A DNA stretch of 64,000 nt from Polyangiales bacterium (GTDB lineage: Bacteria > Myxococcota_A > Polyangia > Polyangiales > JADJQN01): NCBI GenBank assembly GCA_964202905.1, contig CAXNJO010000004.1, positions 32,001 to 96,000 on the forward strand, given 5' to 3'. A program made the position numbers and the translations under genes. How positions within the stretch are numbered: the first letter of the stretch is position 1; every line of letters begins with the position of its first letter. This document shows positions 32,945-52,362 of this stretch, piece after piece. The notes below the pieces were generated by a model. That model saw only the letters and a program-made list of their open reading frames with translations. It ran no database searches and was not told the DNA's origin.

Positions 32945-34531
32945 ATGCGTTCTCCGCTGCGCATGGTCGGCTTCGCGCTCGCCGTCGCGCTCGCGTCGAG
33001 CGCGTGCGGTGCGTCCGCCGCCGGGAGGCCGACGCGCTCGGTGCCGACGGCGTCGCGTGACGCCGAGCTGCTCGCGGGGGAGGTCCGCTTCGAGGCCCGC
33101 AGCGCGACGCCGCGCGGCCTCTCGCAGGCCGTGGAGGTGCGTCCTGCGCGCTTCGTCGAGGTCGTCGCGCGGGACGCGCGCGGGGTGGATCTCGAGCGCA
33201 CGCTCACCGACGCGGACGGACGCTTCCGGCTGCCGCGGCGCCCCGAGGCCGTGGCGCTCGTCGTGCGGGCGCGCGCGACGTCCGGCGCACACGACGCGTC
33301 CGTCACGACGGACGCGTTCGGTCGCTCACCCCACGAGCTCGCGACGCCGCTCGCGGGCGCCACGCCGGGCGCGCTCGTGATCGTGGCGCGCGACGACGAT
33401 GCGCACGGATCGGGCGGCGCGTTCCACATCGTCGACACGCTGCTGCGCGGGCTCGACGCCGTGACGCGCTGGACGGGCCGCTCGTTGCCGCCGTTCTTCG
33501 TCTATTGGGCGCGCGGCGTCACGAACGAATGGAGCTTCTACCGCGGCGAGCGCCCGCTGGGCTCGGGGCGCTACGCGCTCGAGCTGATGGGCGGCGACCC
33601 GGGGCGCTACCGCGAGACGGACACCGACGACCACGACGAGGCCATCATCCTCCACGAGCTCGGCCACTTCGTCTTCGATCGGCTGACGACCGACTCGTCG
33701 ATCGGCGGGTTGCACCCGGAGGGCACGCTCGTGGATCCGGGCGTGGCGTGGGAGGAGGGGCGCGCCTCGTGGTTCGCCGCCGCCGTGCTCGGTGCGCCGT
33801 TTTACCGTGACGCGATCGGGCGCGAGCCGGGCGGTTCGCTGCGGGTCGATCAGGACCTCGAGCACGTCCCGGGCGGGCCGGTCGGCGCGGGCTCCGAGCG
33901 CGCGGTGGCCTCGGTGTTGTGGGACCTCGGCGATGGTGTCCCCGGTCTGCCGGACGCGGACTCGGACGGCGTCGCGCTCGGACCCGAGGCGTTGCTCGGC
34001 GCGATGATCGCGCTCGCTGCGGAGCCCGGCGCGATGCCGGATCTGTCCGGGTTCCTGCGCCACCTGGTGCGCACGGATGTCCTCGCGGCGCCTGCGCTCG
34101 AGGGCCTCCTCGTGCGCGCGCAGCAGCCGCGCGCGCTCCTGCCCGCGGACGACGCGCCCCGCTGGCCGCGTCCGCTCGCGGTGCCCGGCCGCGCGACGGG
34201 CAAGATCGACGGACTCACGAGCCCGGCACCGAGCGGCGGCCCTGCGCGCCCCGAGAACGGCTTCGACGCGGTGCATGCGTACCGTGTCCACCTCGAGCGC
34301 GCCGGCTTCTTCACGGCCGCGCTGGCGGTTCATGGGACGCGCGAGGGGCGGCGTGACCGCCTCACGCTCGAGCTGCGCACGATCCGCGGCAACCTCCTCG
34401 CCTCGTCGCGCGAGGGGGACGTGGCCGAGCGCGTCGCGCGTGTGCTCGAAGCCGGCTGGTACACGGTGTTCGTGCGGGACCGCGGCGACGGGAACCGCGC
34501 GGGCTACACGCTCCAGGTCGCGCTCGAGTAG
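32945..34531 (+). CDS. Lipoprotein zinc metallopeptidase-like protein with a C-terminal PPC-like domain
   Basis: Lipobox-like ASSAC; IILHELGH followed by AWEEG; C-terminal beta domain (LEAGWYTVFV...YTLQV). Confidence 0.7.
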   Translation: MRSPLRMVGFALAVALASSACGASAAGRPTRSVPTASRDAELLAGEVRFEARSATPRGLSQAVEVRPARFVEVVARDARGVDLERTLTDADGRFRLPRRPEAVALVVRARATSGAHDASVTTDAFGRSPHELATPLAGATPGALVIVARDDDAHGSGGAFHIVDTLLRGLDAVTRWTGRSLPPFFVYWARGVTNEWSFYRGERPLGSGRYALELMGGDPGRYRETDTDDHDEAIILHELGHFVFDRLTTDSSIGGLHPEGTLVDPGVAWEEGRASWFAAAVLGAPFYRDAIGREPGGSLRVDQDLEHVPGGPVGAGSERAVASVLWDLGDGVPGLPDADSDGVALGPEALLGAMIALAAEPGAMPDLSGFLRHLVRTDVLAAPALEGLLVRAQQPRALLPADDAPRWPRPLAVPGRATGKIDGLTSPAPSGGPARPENGFDAVHAYRVHLERAGFFTAALAVHGTREGRRDRLTLELRTIRGNLLASSREGDVAERVARVLEAGWYTVFVRDRGDGNRAGYTLQVALE

Positions 34532-34605
34532 CGCGCGACGCAGGGTTTGAGACGGCGCGGTAGAACGAGGCCGCGCGCGGCGCAGCGCCCTCGCGCACGC
34601 CGCGT

Positions 34606-35256
34606 TCAGCGGCCTGCGCGGACGCGGGTGCCGCTCAGACGAGGCGGCGCGGAGGCATCGGCCGCGCGGCCCGCGAGGGAGGCGTCTGCCATGCCGGCGG
34701 CCGGATCGTACGCGTCGATGAAGTGCAAGTTCTCGTAATTGATGAGGAAATGGGCGATGACGGCGCCGTGCAGATAGCCCGTCAGCGCGACGAGCCCCCC
34801 GAACACGAGCCCCATCGCCGCGGCCCACAGCGGCCACACGCGGAAGCCCCGCGACGGCCCCAGGTGTACGGCGCCGAACACGGCCGAGGTCAGCACGAGC
34901 CCGAGGGCGGGCTGCATCGCGCCGCGGAAGAAGAGCTCTTCAGCGACGCTCGAGAGCAGCGCGTACGCGGCGATCTCGATCCCGTCGAGCGGCCCGAGCA
35001 CCGCGCGGAGCTCGCCGTGCAGCGCGCGCGCCCAGCGAGTGCGGCGCACGAGCGCACGCGTCGCGACGACGGTGCAGGCCGCGACGACCAGCCCGCCGAG
35101 CACGGAGGCGAGCGCGCGCACCCCCGGGGAAAGCGGCAACAGCGCGGATTCCGACGCCCAGGGCGACCATTCCCCGCGCAGCGCGCACCACGCGAAGCCC
35201 ACGAGGGCGAGGAGACCGTACGCGGCGCTGGCAGCGAGCAGACGTCGGCGTTTCAA
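34606..35256 (-). CDS. CPBP (CAAX/Abi) family intramembrane metalloprotease
   Basis: AEELFFRG, FGAVH, HFLINY motifs; multiple TM segments. Confidence 0.9.
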   Translation of the reverse strand: MKRRRLLAASAAYGLLALVGFAWCALRGEWSPWASESALLPLSPGVRALASVLGGLVVAACTVVATRALVRRTRWARALHGELRAVLGPLDGIEIAAYALLSSVAEELFFRGAMQPALGLVLTSAVFGAVHLGPSRGFRVWPLWAAAMGLVFGGLVALTGYLHGAVIAHFLINYENLHFIDAYDPAAGMADASLAGRAADASAPPRLSGTRVRAGR

Positions 35257-35467
35257 GACGCAGCCTCGGCGAGCGTTTACCAGAGCGCGCGGGGCCCGGC
35301 AACGCTTCGCGCCGTCCTGCGTCGTGTCGCGCGGCGCACTGCAACCGCAGCGCCGGACCCGCGTGGTTCACAAGGCGCCGCGGTGTGCGCGGCCACGGGC
35401 GTCATACACGCACGCCCATTGACTCACCGCCCCGTGCCGGACTACTCCTCCCCGCTCGGTCCACACG

Positions 35468-37060
<1,593 letters not shown>

Positions 37061-37123
37061 ACGCCGCCCGACGGTGTCACCCGTGGTGACGCCAGCGGGG
37101 CATGCGCTCGGGAGCCGTGGTCG

Positions 37124-37597
37124 TCAGCCAGCCTCGCCCCGCGCGAGAGCGCGGGCCGCGCTCACGACGAGGGTCTCGAACTCGCGCCAAAAAGAGGTCG
37201 TCGCGGGCGTCTGCCGGCGGAGCGTCGTCGCGTGTGCGTGGAGCCACTCGGCACGCGGGGGCGCGATCCGGAGGCGCAGCCGAAGCTGCTCGAGGAGTTT
37301 GCGCTCGCTGCGGACCTCGTCGAGGTCGGCGAGCGCCATCCACGCCGCGCAGAGATAGGCCAGCTCGCCGTCGCGCGCCGTGAGCGATTCGAGCGGCAGG
37401 ATGTCGAGGGATCGCGTCCCCTGCCGCACGGCCTCGTCGAGCGCGCCGCCCGTCTCGGGCAGACCGAGCGACATCGCCACGGCGTGCACGGCCGCCCGCT
37501 CGTCGGCATCGACCTTGTGGTCCGCCCACGCCATGCAAACGAGGACTTCGAAGACGGTGCGCTTGGCGGGTTCGCCGATGGCGTCGATGGCACTCAT
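37124..37597 (-). CDS. TerB-like protein
   Basis: Duplicated motif MAWADHKVDADER / MALADLDEVRSER. Confidence 0.75.
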   Translation of the reverse strand: MSAIDAIGEPAKRTVFEVLVCMAWADHKVDADERAAVHAVAMSLGLPETGGALDEAVRQGTRSLDILPLESLTARDGELAYLCAAWMALADLDEVRSERKLLEQLRLRLRIAPPRAEWLHAHATTLRRQTPATTSFWREFETLVVSAARALARGEAG

Positions 37598-37727
37598 GCG
37601 GGCCGCAACGTAGCGCGGAACCGACGCGGGGTGCACCCCACGCGGCCCCCCCGGCAGCGGCGCGCCCGGACGAGCCCGGGACGCGCGCTCGGTCAGGTCG
37701 ACGCGGCTGCGCGCCCGCGATCCGCGA

Positions 37728-46457
<8,730 letters not shown>

Positions 46458-46556
46458 CGGGGCTCCTGGCCGTTGGGGCGGCAAGCGTCGGACTCCATCA
46501 CGAACGCGGATCCGACTTCAAGTGCGCACGACCCGCGGCCGCGCATGAGCGGGCGA

Positions 46557-46976
46557 TCAGCGCGCGGGGACCGTGACGGCCACGCGCGGCGGCGCGCCCG
46601 TCGCGAACAGGGCGACGAAGGGCCGCGCTGCGCCCGGCGCTGCCCAGCGGTGACGCTCGACGCCGCCCTCCGAGGTGAGCGTGGTCTCGAGGAGGACCCG
46701 CCGCGGGAGGATCGCGCCGGGCGGCTCGACCTCGACGACGACGAGCGTGACGAACGGCGCGGTGAGTGGCTCGACCGCGTGCGGGCGGTCCGCGACCCGG
46801 GCGAGCAACTCACCGACCCGGGCGACGGGGACCGTGTCGGAGCGCGTCACGAGCCGCAGCGCGCCGTGCTGCGTCGAGGCCTGCGGTGTCCGGGAGACCC
46901 GGGGGGGGTTGCCGAGCGCGTCGCACGCGAGGAGGGCGAGAAGCGGGAGCGCGAGGGCGAGTCGAGCGGCCCTCAC
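46557..46976 (-). CDS. Small hypothetical lipoprotein
   Basis: MRAARLALALPLLALLAC lipobox; directly downstream of the HD gene. Confidence 0.6.
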   Translation of the reverse strand: MRAARLALALPLLALLACDALGNPPRVSRTPQASTQHGALRLVTRSDTVPVARVGELLARVADRPHAVEPLTAPFVTLVVVEVEPPGAILPRRVLLETTLTSEGGVERHRWAAPGAARPFVALFATGAPPRVAVTVPAR

Positions 46977-46991
46977 CGCCGCGGGCTCGGG

Positions 46992-48737
46992 TCAGCAGCC
47001 TGGGCCATGCTCGCTCGGCGGCGCGGGCGCGTGTTCCGGCTCGGGCGCGGCGGTCCCGTCGAGGCCGGCCGCGCTGCGCCCGCGGGCGACGTCCGCCTCG
47101 GTCGCGACGCCCGGCACGGGGAGCTGCGCCTCGCCGCGCGCCTGCCGCTCCTGCCATGGGTAGCGCACGCGGCCGTGGTGCACGCTCACGAGCGTGTCGA
47201 CGACGCGCGTCGAGAGCACGCGCAGATCCTCGAGGGTCAGCCCGCTCTCGTCGAGCTGGCCCTGCCGCAGCTTCACGAAGACGATGCGCTGCACGAGCTC
47301 CTCGAACTTCGCGCGCTCGGGGGGGCTCACGGTGCGCGCGCCGGCCTCGATCGCGTCGATCAGCATGAGGATGGCCGTCTCTTTGTTGCGCGGCCGCATG
47401 CCCGGGTAGCGGAAGAAGGCCTCCGTGAGGTTCTTCGGGTTCCCGCGCTCGAGGCATTTGTGCCAGAAGAACTCGATCACGCTCGTGCCGTGGTGCGTGT
47501 ACGCGAACTCGACGACGGACTCGGGGATGCCGCCCTCGCGGAGGATCCGCACGCCCTCGACGACGTGCGCCATGATCGCGTCCGCGCTCACGTCGGGCTC
47601 GAGCTCGACGTGCGGGGTCGGCTCGCCGTGCAGCAGGTTCTCGACGAAGTATCGCGGTTGACACGTCTTGCCGAGGTCGTGGTAGTAGGCGCCGACACGC
47701 GTGAGCAGCGCATCGGCGCCGATGGCGGCGGCGGCGGCCTCGGCGAGGTTCGCCATCGCGCGGGAGTGCTCCCACGAGCCGGGCGCCTCGCGCGCCATCT
47801 TCTGCAGGAGCGGCTGCTCGAGATCGGTGAGGTCGAGCAGCCTCGCGCGCGTCGCGACGCCGAGGACGGTCACGGCGATCGGCTCGAGCAGGAAGGCGAC
47901 CGCGCCCGAGAGCGAGCCGCCGACGAAGGTCGCGAGCAGCTCCGAGTGCCCGAGGCTGCGCAGGTCGCCGGCGACGTCGATGCCGCCCTCGAAGAGCATC
48001 TTCGCGGCGACGAGGACGAGCGCGGCGGCGAGGCCCGCGGCGAGGCCGGCGGGCACGAGCGCGCGGCTGTGCTTGCGATCGCGGAAGGCGAACACGGCGG
48101 CGACGCCGCTCGCCATGAACACGGTGACGGCCGTCAGGCTGAACCCGACGAACGACGCCGTGAGGAAGGCGAGGGTCGTGCTGACGATGAACGACGTGCG
48201 CCGGTCGAGGTGCAGCGCGGCCCAGAGCGGGAGCGCGGCGACGGGGATCAGCGTCACCGGGAGCGGCGTGAGGAGCAGGTAGATCTTCGCGAGCAGCAGC
48301 AGGATCGTCGCGAGGCCGAGCAGCCCCGCCTGCGTCCGCAGGAGCGCGCCGCGGCTCGGGATGAAGGTGCGCAGGTAGCTCGTGAGCAGGACGGCGAGCA
48401 GCAGGTAGAACGACCAGAGGCCGAGGAGCGCGCCGACGCGCGGCGGGCGCCGACCCTGCTCGAAGACGCGGGCGAGCGTCGCGATGCGCGCGTCGGGCGC
48501 GACCTCGCCCCGCGCGATGAGGGGCTGGATGGTGCGGAGCGCGACGGCGCCGTGCTCATCCGTCTCGCGGATCGTCACGGGCGGAAGGCGAAGGGTGACC
48601 GGCGCGGGGCGCGTCGGATCGACGCGCAGCGGCGCGAGCAGCGTCTCCGAGGCGGCGATGCCGACCGTCAGCGTCGCGAACGCGACGGAGAGCACGAGCC
48701 CGGCGACCGGGCCGGCGATGAGTCGGGTTCGGAGCAT
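46992..48737 (-). CDS. 7TM-HD (PgpH-like) membrane phosphodiesterase
   Basis: Multi-TM region, then APGSWEHS, GAYYHDLGK, YFVEN, HHGT, FRYPG, D..EA. Confidence 0.88.
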   Translation of the reverse strand: MLRTRLIAGPVAGLVLSVAFATLTVGIAASETLLAPLRVDPTRPAPVTLRLPPVTIRETDEHGAVALRTIQPLIARGEVAPDARIATLARVFEQGRRPPRVGALLGLWSFYLLLAVLLTSYLRTFIPSRGALLRTQAGLLGLATILLLLAKIYLLLTPLPVTLIPVAALPLWAALHLDRRTSFIVSTTLAFLTASFVGFSLTAVTVFMASGVAAVFAFRDRKHSRALVPAGLAAGLAAALVLVAAKMLFEGGIDVAGDLRSLGHSELLATFVGGSLSGAVAFLLEPIAVTVLGVATRARLLDLTDLEQPLLQKMAREAPGSWEHSRAMANLAEAAAAAIGADALLTRVGAYYHDLGKTCQPRYFVENLLHGEPTPHVELEPDVSADAIMAHVVEGVRILREGGIPESVVEFAYTHHGTSVIEFFWHKCLERGNPKNLTEAFFRYPGMRPRNKETAILMLIDAIEAGARTVSPPERAKFEELVQRIVFVKLRQGQLDESGLTLEDLRVLSTRVVDTLVSVHHGRVRYPWQERQARGEAQLPVPGVATEADVARGRSAAGLDGTAAPEPEHAPAPPSEHGPGC

Positions 48738-48855
48738 GGACGGCGGGCTGCGGGCCGCGCCCGTGCGCAGCGGCCGTCACGGTAGACCCCGGCGCGCACG
48801 GATTCAACCGCGTCGCGGGGGCGGTCGGCTGCGGTGCCGTGATATCCGTGCGCGG

Positions 48856-50310
48856 GTGGGCCGCTTCCTCCGACCGCGCGTGTTCGTCGCGCTCGCGGCG
48901 CTCGCTGTGCTCTGCGTCGGCGCTCTGGCGTGGGCCTTCACCGTCGACGACGCGTTCGTGACCGCGCGCTACGCGTCGCGGCTCGCGGCCGGTCGTGGGC
49001 TCTCCTTCGTCGACGGGCCGCCGAGCGACGGCGTGACGGGGCCGCTCTGGCTGCTGCCCGGAGTGATCGCGGTGTGGCTCGGCGAGAGCGCCATCACTGC
49101 GCAGAAGATCATAGGACTCTGCATGATGGTCATGTCCGCGGCGCTCGTCGTGGGTCGAGCGGCGCGTCGTGCGTGCGGTGCGCTGGCGGCACCGATCGTG
49201 GCTGCGCTCTGCGTGGCAGGGCCGACGCTCGGGGTGTGGGGCGGCGCGGGGCTCGAGACGGGTGCGGCGACGCTCGCGCTGACGGGCGCGCTGCTCGCCG
49301 CCGTGGCGCGTCCCCGGCCACGCGCGCTCGTCGTGGGGCTCTGCGTCGGCGCGCTCGCGTGGCTGCGCCCGGAGGCGTGCGCGGCGGGCGGCGTGGCGCT
49401 GCTCGCCATGCTCGTGCGGGGGAATCGCCGCGCGGCGACGACGGCACTCGGCGTCGCGGGCGCGCTTGGGCTCGGCGTCCTCGCGTGTCGAGTCGCGCTC
49501 TTCGGCCATGCGCTGCCGCTCGCGCTCGCCGCGAAGCCGGGCGAGCTCGCGTGGGGGCTGCGCTACGCGGCGCTCGGCGCGCTCGTCACGACGGGCGGCG
49601 CAGGGCTCGCGCTCGCGGCCTTCGCGGGCGGTCGTGCGCGCGGCGGCGAGCGCTGGCTGCTCGCGACCGTCGTGGTGCACGTCTGCGCCGTCGCGCTCGC
49701 GGGCGGCGATTGGATGCCGGGCTTCCGTCTGCTCGCGCCGATCCTCCCGGTCGTGGCGCTGCTCGCCGGCACGCGGGCCGCACGCGGCTTCACGCTCGCG
49801 CGCACCGCCGCGCGGAAGGGCGCGCTCGCGCTCGCCGTGCTCGTCGCGCTCGCCGTGCCCGCGCTCGACCTCGCCGTGCAGCTCCCCGAGGTGCGCGCTG
49901 CCGGCGAGACGCGCGAGCGCGTCGGGCGTCCGTTCGCCCGCTACCTCGCCGCGCACGCGCGCCGCGTCGCGCTTGTCGACGTGGGCTTCCTCGCGTGGGT
50001 CGGCGGCTTCGACGTCGTCGATCTCGGCGGCATCACGGACGAAGTCGTCGCGCGGCTGCCCGGCCCGCACCTCGGCAAGCGCGTCGACGAGGCGTGGCTC
50101 CTCGCGCGCGCACCCGACGCGCTCGTGCTGCACGCCACGGTGCCGCCCGAGGTCGACGCCGATGGCACGTTGCGGACGCTCGCCGGGTATCCCGTCGAGC
50201 GACGCGTCGCGGCGATGCCCGGGATTCGCGCGCGTTTCCGCGTCGCGCGCGTCGTCGACTACGCGCCGGGCTACGTGTACGTCGTATTGCTGCCGCGCCC
50301 CGCGCCGTGA
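48856..50310 (+). CDS. GT-C-type membrane glycosyltransferase-like protein (AftB-like)
   Basis: DDAFVTARYA...GVTGPLW, GLET, RPE, GDWMPGFRL; polytopic. Start inferred. Confidence 0.7.
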   Translation: MGRFLRPRVFVALAALAVLCVGALAWAFTVDDAFVTARYASRLAAGRGLSFVDGPPSDGVTGPLWLLPGVIAVWLGESAITAQKIIGLCMMVMSAALVVGRAARRACGALAAPIVAALCVAGPTLGVWGGAGLETGAATLALTGALLAAVARPRPRALVVGLCVGALAWLRPEACAAGGVALLAMLVRGNRRAATTALGVAGALGLGVLACRVALFGHALPLALAAKPGELAWGLRYAALGALVTTGGAGLALAAFAGGRARGGERWLLATVVVHVCAVALAGGDWMPGFRLLAPILPVVALLAGTRAARGFTLARTAARKGALALAVLVALAVPALDLAVQLPEVRAAGETRERVGRPFARYLAAHARRVALVDVGFLAWVGGFDVVDLGGITDEVVARLPGPHLGKRVDEAWLLARAPDALVLHATVPPEVDADGTLRTLAGYPVERRVAAMPGIRARFRVARVVDYAPGYVYVVLLPRPAP

Positions 50311-50349
50311 CGGCGCTCTGGGGCGAGCAGGCATTCCTCAGGAGTCGTC

Positions 50350-51645
50350 GTCCGGGACGCGCGTGTCACCGTCGACCTCGGGGCGTCGAGCGCATCGGTG
50401 CCGTCGTCGTCGGTGCTCGTGAAGGAGGGGGGGCGACACGTCGTGTACACGCAGGTCGCTCCACGTCGCTTCGCGCGGCGGGACGTGGAGGTCGGACACC
50501 CGGTCGACGGGCGCGTGCCGGTGTTCGCGGGAATCGAGCGAGGCGTGAAGGTCGTGACGCGCGGTGCGCTGCTGCTCGACGGCCACGCAGAGATGGTGCG
50601 GTGACGTCGTGCGGGCCCTCCTCCGCTTCTGCGTCGATCGGCGCCTCGTCGTCCTCGCCCTGACGACCATCGCCGCGCTTTACGGCGTACGCGCGTACCG
50701 AAACACGCCGATCGAGGCGTTCCCCGACATCACGAACCTGCAGGTCGTCGTGATCGCGCAGTATCCGGGCTTCGCCCCGCAGGAAGTGGAGCGTCACGTC
50801 ACGATCCCGCTCGAGCGCGTGCTCAACGGCGTGCCCGGCGCGATCAACCTGCGCAGCGAGAGCCTCTTCGGGCTCGCGCTCATCTTCCTCACGTTCGAGG
50901 ACCACGCGGACGTCTTCCGGTCACGCGCGCTCGTCAACGAGCGCCTCACGATGGCGGAAGTCCCCGACGGCGCGGTCGTGCGTCTGGGCGCCGACGCGAC
51001 GCCACTCGGCGAGGTGTTCCGCTATCGGCTCGCGAGCGACCGCCACGACTTGCACCAGCTCCGGGCGACGCAGCAGTACCTCGTCTCGCGGGTGATTCGG
51101 CAGGTGCCCGGCATCGCGGACGTCGTGAGCTGTGGGGGCTTTCTCGAGGAACTGCACGTGGAGGTCGACCCGCTTCGGATGGAGTCCTACGGCGTGACGC
51201 GCGACGAGGTCCGTGATGCGCTCGCGCGTTCGAGCGTGAACACGGGCGGTGGTTTCCTCGTGTCGGGCGGATCCTCGTCGTGGTCTGGGTGTTCCTGCGG
51301 ACGCTGCGGGGTGCGCTCGTCGTCGCGGTCGTGATCCCGCTCGCGCTCCTGTGCGCGTTCAGCGGCCTTCACGCGCTCGGCATGCCTGCGAACCTCATCT
51401 CGATGGGTGCCATCGATTTCGGCATCCTCGTCGACGCCGCCGTCGTGCTCGTCGAAAACGTCTTCCATGCGCTCGGGAAGGAACGTCCGACGACGCGACC
51501 GAAGCTCCTCGAGGTGCTCCAGGCCTTCGAGACGAGCCTCGCGGCGCGTACCCGGCGCATCGATGCCGCTTCGACAGCGGCTTCCGCCTGGATCGATTGG
51601 CTTGAGACCATCGGCGCGCTGCGCGCCGCGCGCCCCGCACCGTGA
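50350..51645 (+). pseudogene. Collapsed heavy-metal RND efflux operon remnant (CzcB-, CzcA- and CzcC-like fragments)
   Basis: MFP C-terminus (VPSSSV...RRDVEVG...GALLL*, to 50604). CusA/CzcA N-terminus (IEAFPDITNLQV, from 50609) jumps out of frame at ~51270 to PANLISMGAIDFGILVD, then ends in a TolC-like C-terminal helix. Confidence 0.8.
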
Positions 51646-51720
51646 CGGCGCTTGGACGGCCTTGCGACGTCGTGCGCGGCGGCTCGCACGCGGCCGGACT
51701 TTCGTGCAAGGCTCGGCCGC

Positions 51721-52287
51721 ATGGAGACGCGCCTCGCGCCGGGCTTCCTCGCCGCCACGCCACCGCTCCGCGACTCGAACTTCCAGCGCGCGCTCGTGCT
51801 GCTCGTCGAGCATGGGGAGCAGGGCGCGCTCGGCTTCATCGTGAACCAGCCCGGCGAGACGATGCTCGCCTCGGTGCTCGAGGAGCTCGAGCTGCCCGTG
51901 CCGTCCGCCCTCGCGGAGCGCATCGCGTTCATCGGCGGGCCCGTGTCGCCGGACATCGGCTGGATCGTCTACGACCCGGCCACGATGCCCGGCGAAGAGG
52001 AGTCGTCGGCCATCGCGGTGAGCGAGCACCTCGCGGTGAGCGCATCGCGCGACCTGCTCGAGGCCATCGCGCACGGCCGCGGCCCGGAGCGCGCGCTCTG
52101 CCTCTTCGGCTACGCGGGGTGGGGCCCCGGGCAGCTCGAGGGCGAGCTCGAGCAGGGCGCGTGGATCCCGCTGCCGCTCGACACACTCGACCTTTTCCGC
52201 GTGCCCGCCGACGCGCAATGGGCGCAGGCGCTCGGCTCCATCGGTATCGATCCGGCGCGCTACATGGCCGCGCTGCCCAAGGCTTGA
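51721..52287 (+). CDS. YqgE/AlgH family protein
   Basis: LRDSNFQRAL...HGEQGALGFIVNQP, GGPV, GYAGWGPGQLEGE...W. Confidence 0.92.
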   Translation: METRLAPGFLAATPPLRDSNFQRALVLLVEHGEQGALGFIVNQPGETMLASVLEELELPVPSALAERIAFIGGPVSPDIGWIVYDPATMPGEEESSAIAVSEHLAVSASRDLLEAIAHGRGPERALCLFGYAGWGPGQLEGELEQGAWIPLPLDTLDLFRVPADAQWAQALGSIGIDPARYMAALPKA

Positions 52288-52362
52288 CGCGCTGCATTAT
52301 CCGGCGCGCAGCGGCTCCAAAGTCAACAAATTCAAGGTGATCCGCCGGCGCGCGGACCGCAC

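Noticed and set aside
37124..37597. TerB-like gene as part of a defence or tellurite island
   Set aside because: It is solitary, with no other ter or defence genes nearby.
52284..52326. AT-rich element between convergent genes: imperfect hairpin, or minus-strand TTGACT-N19-GATAAT antisense promoter
   Set aside because: The spacer is too long and the stem weak; it cannot be distinguished from chance or a degenerate terminator.
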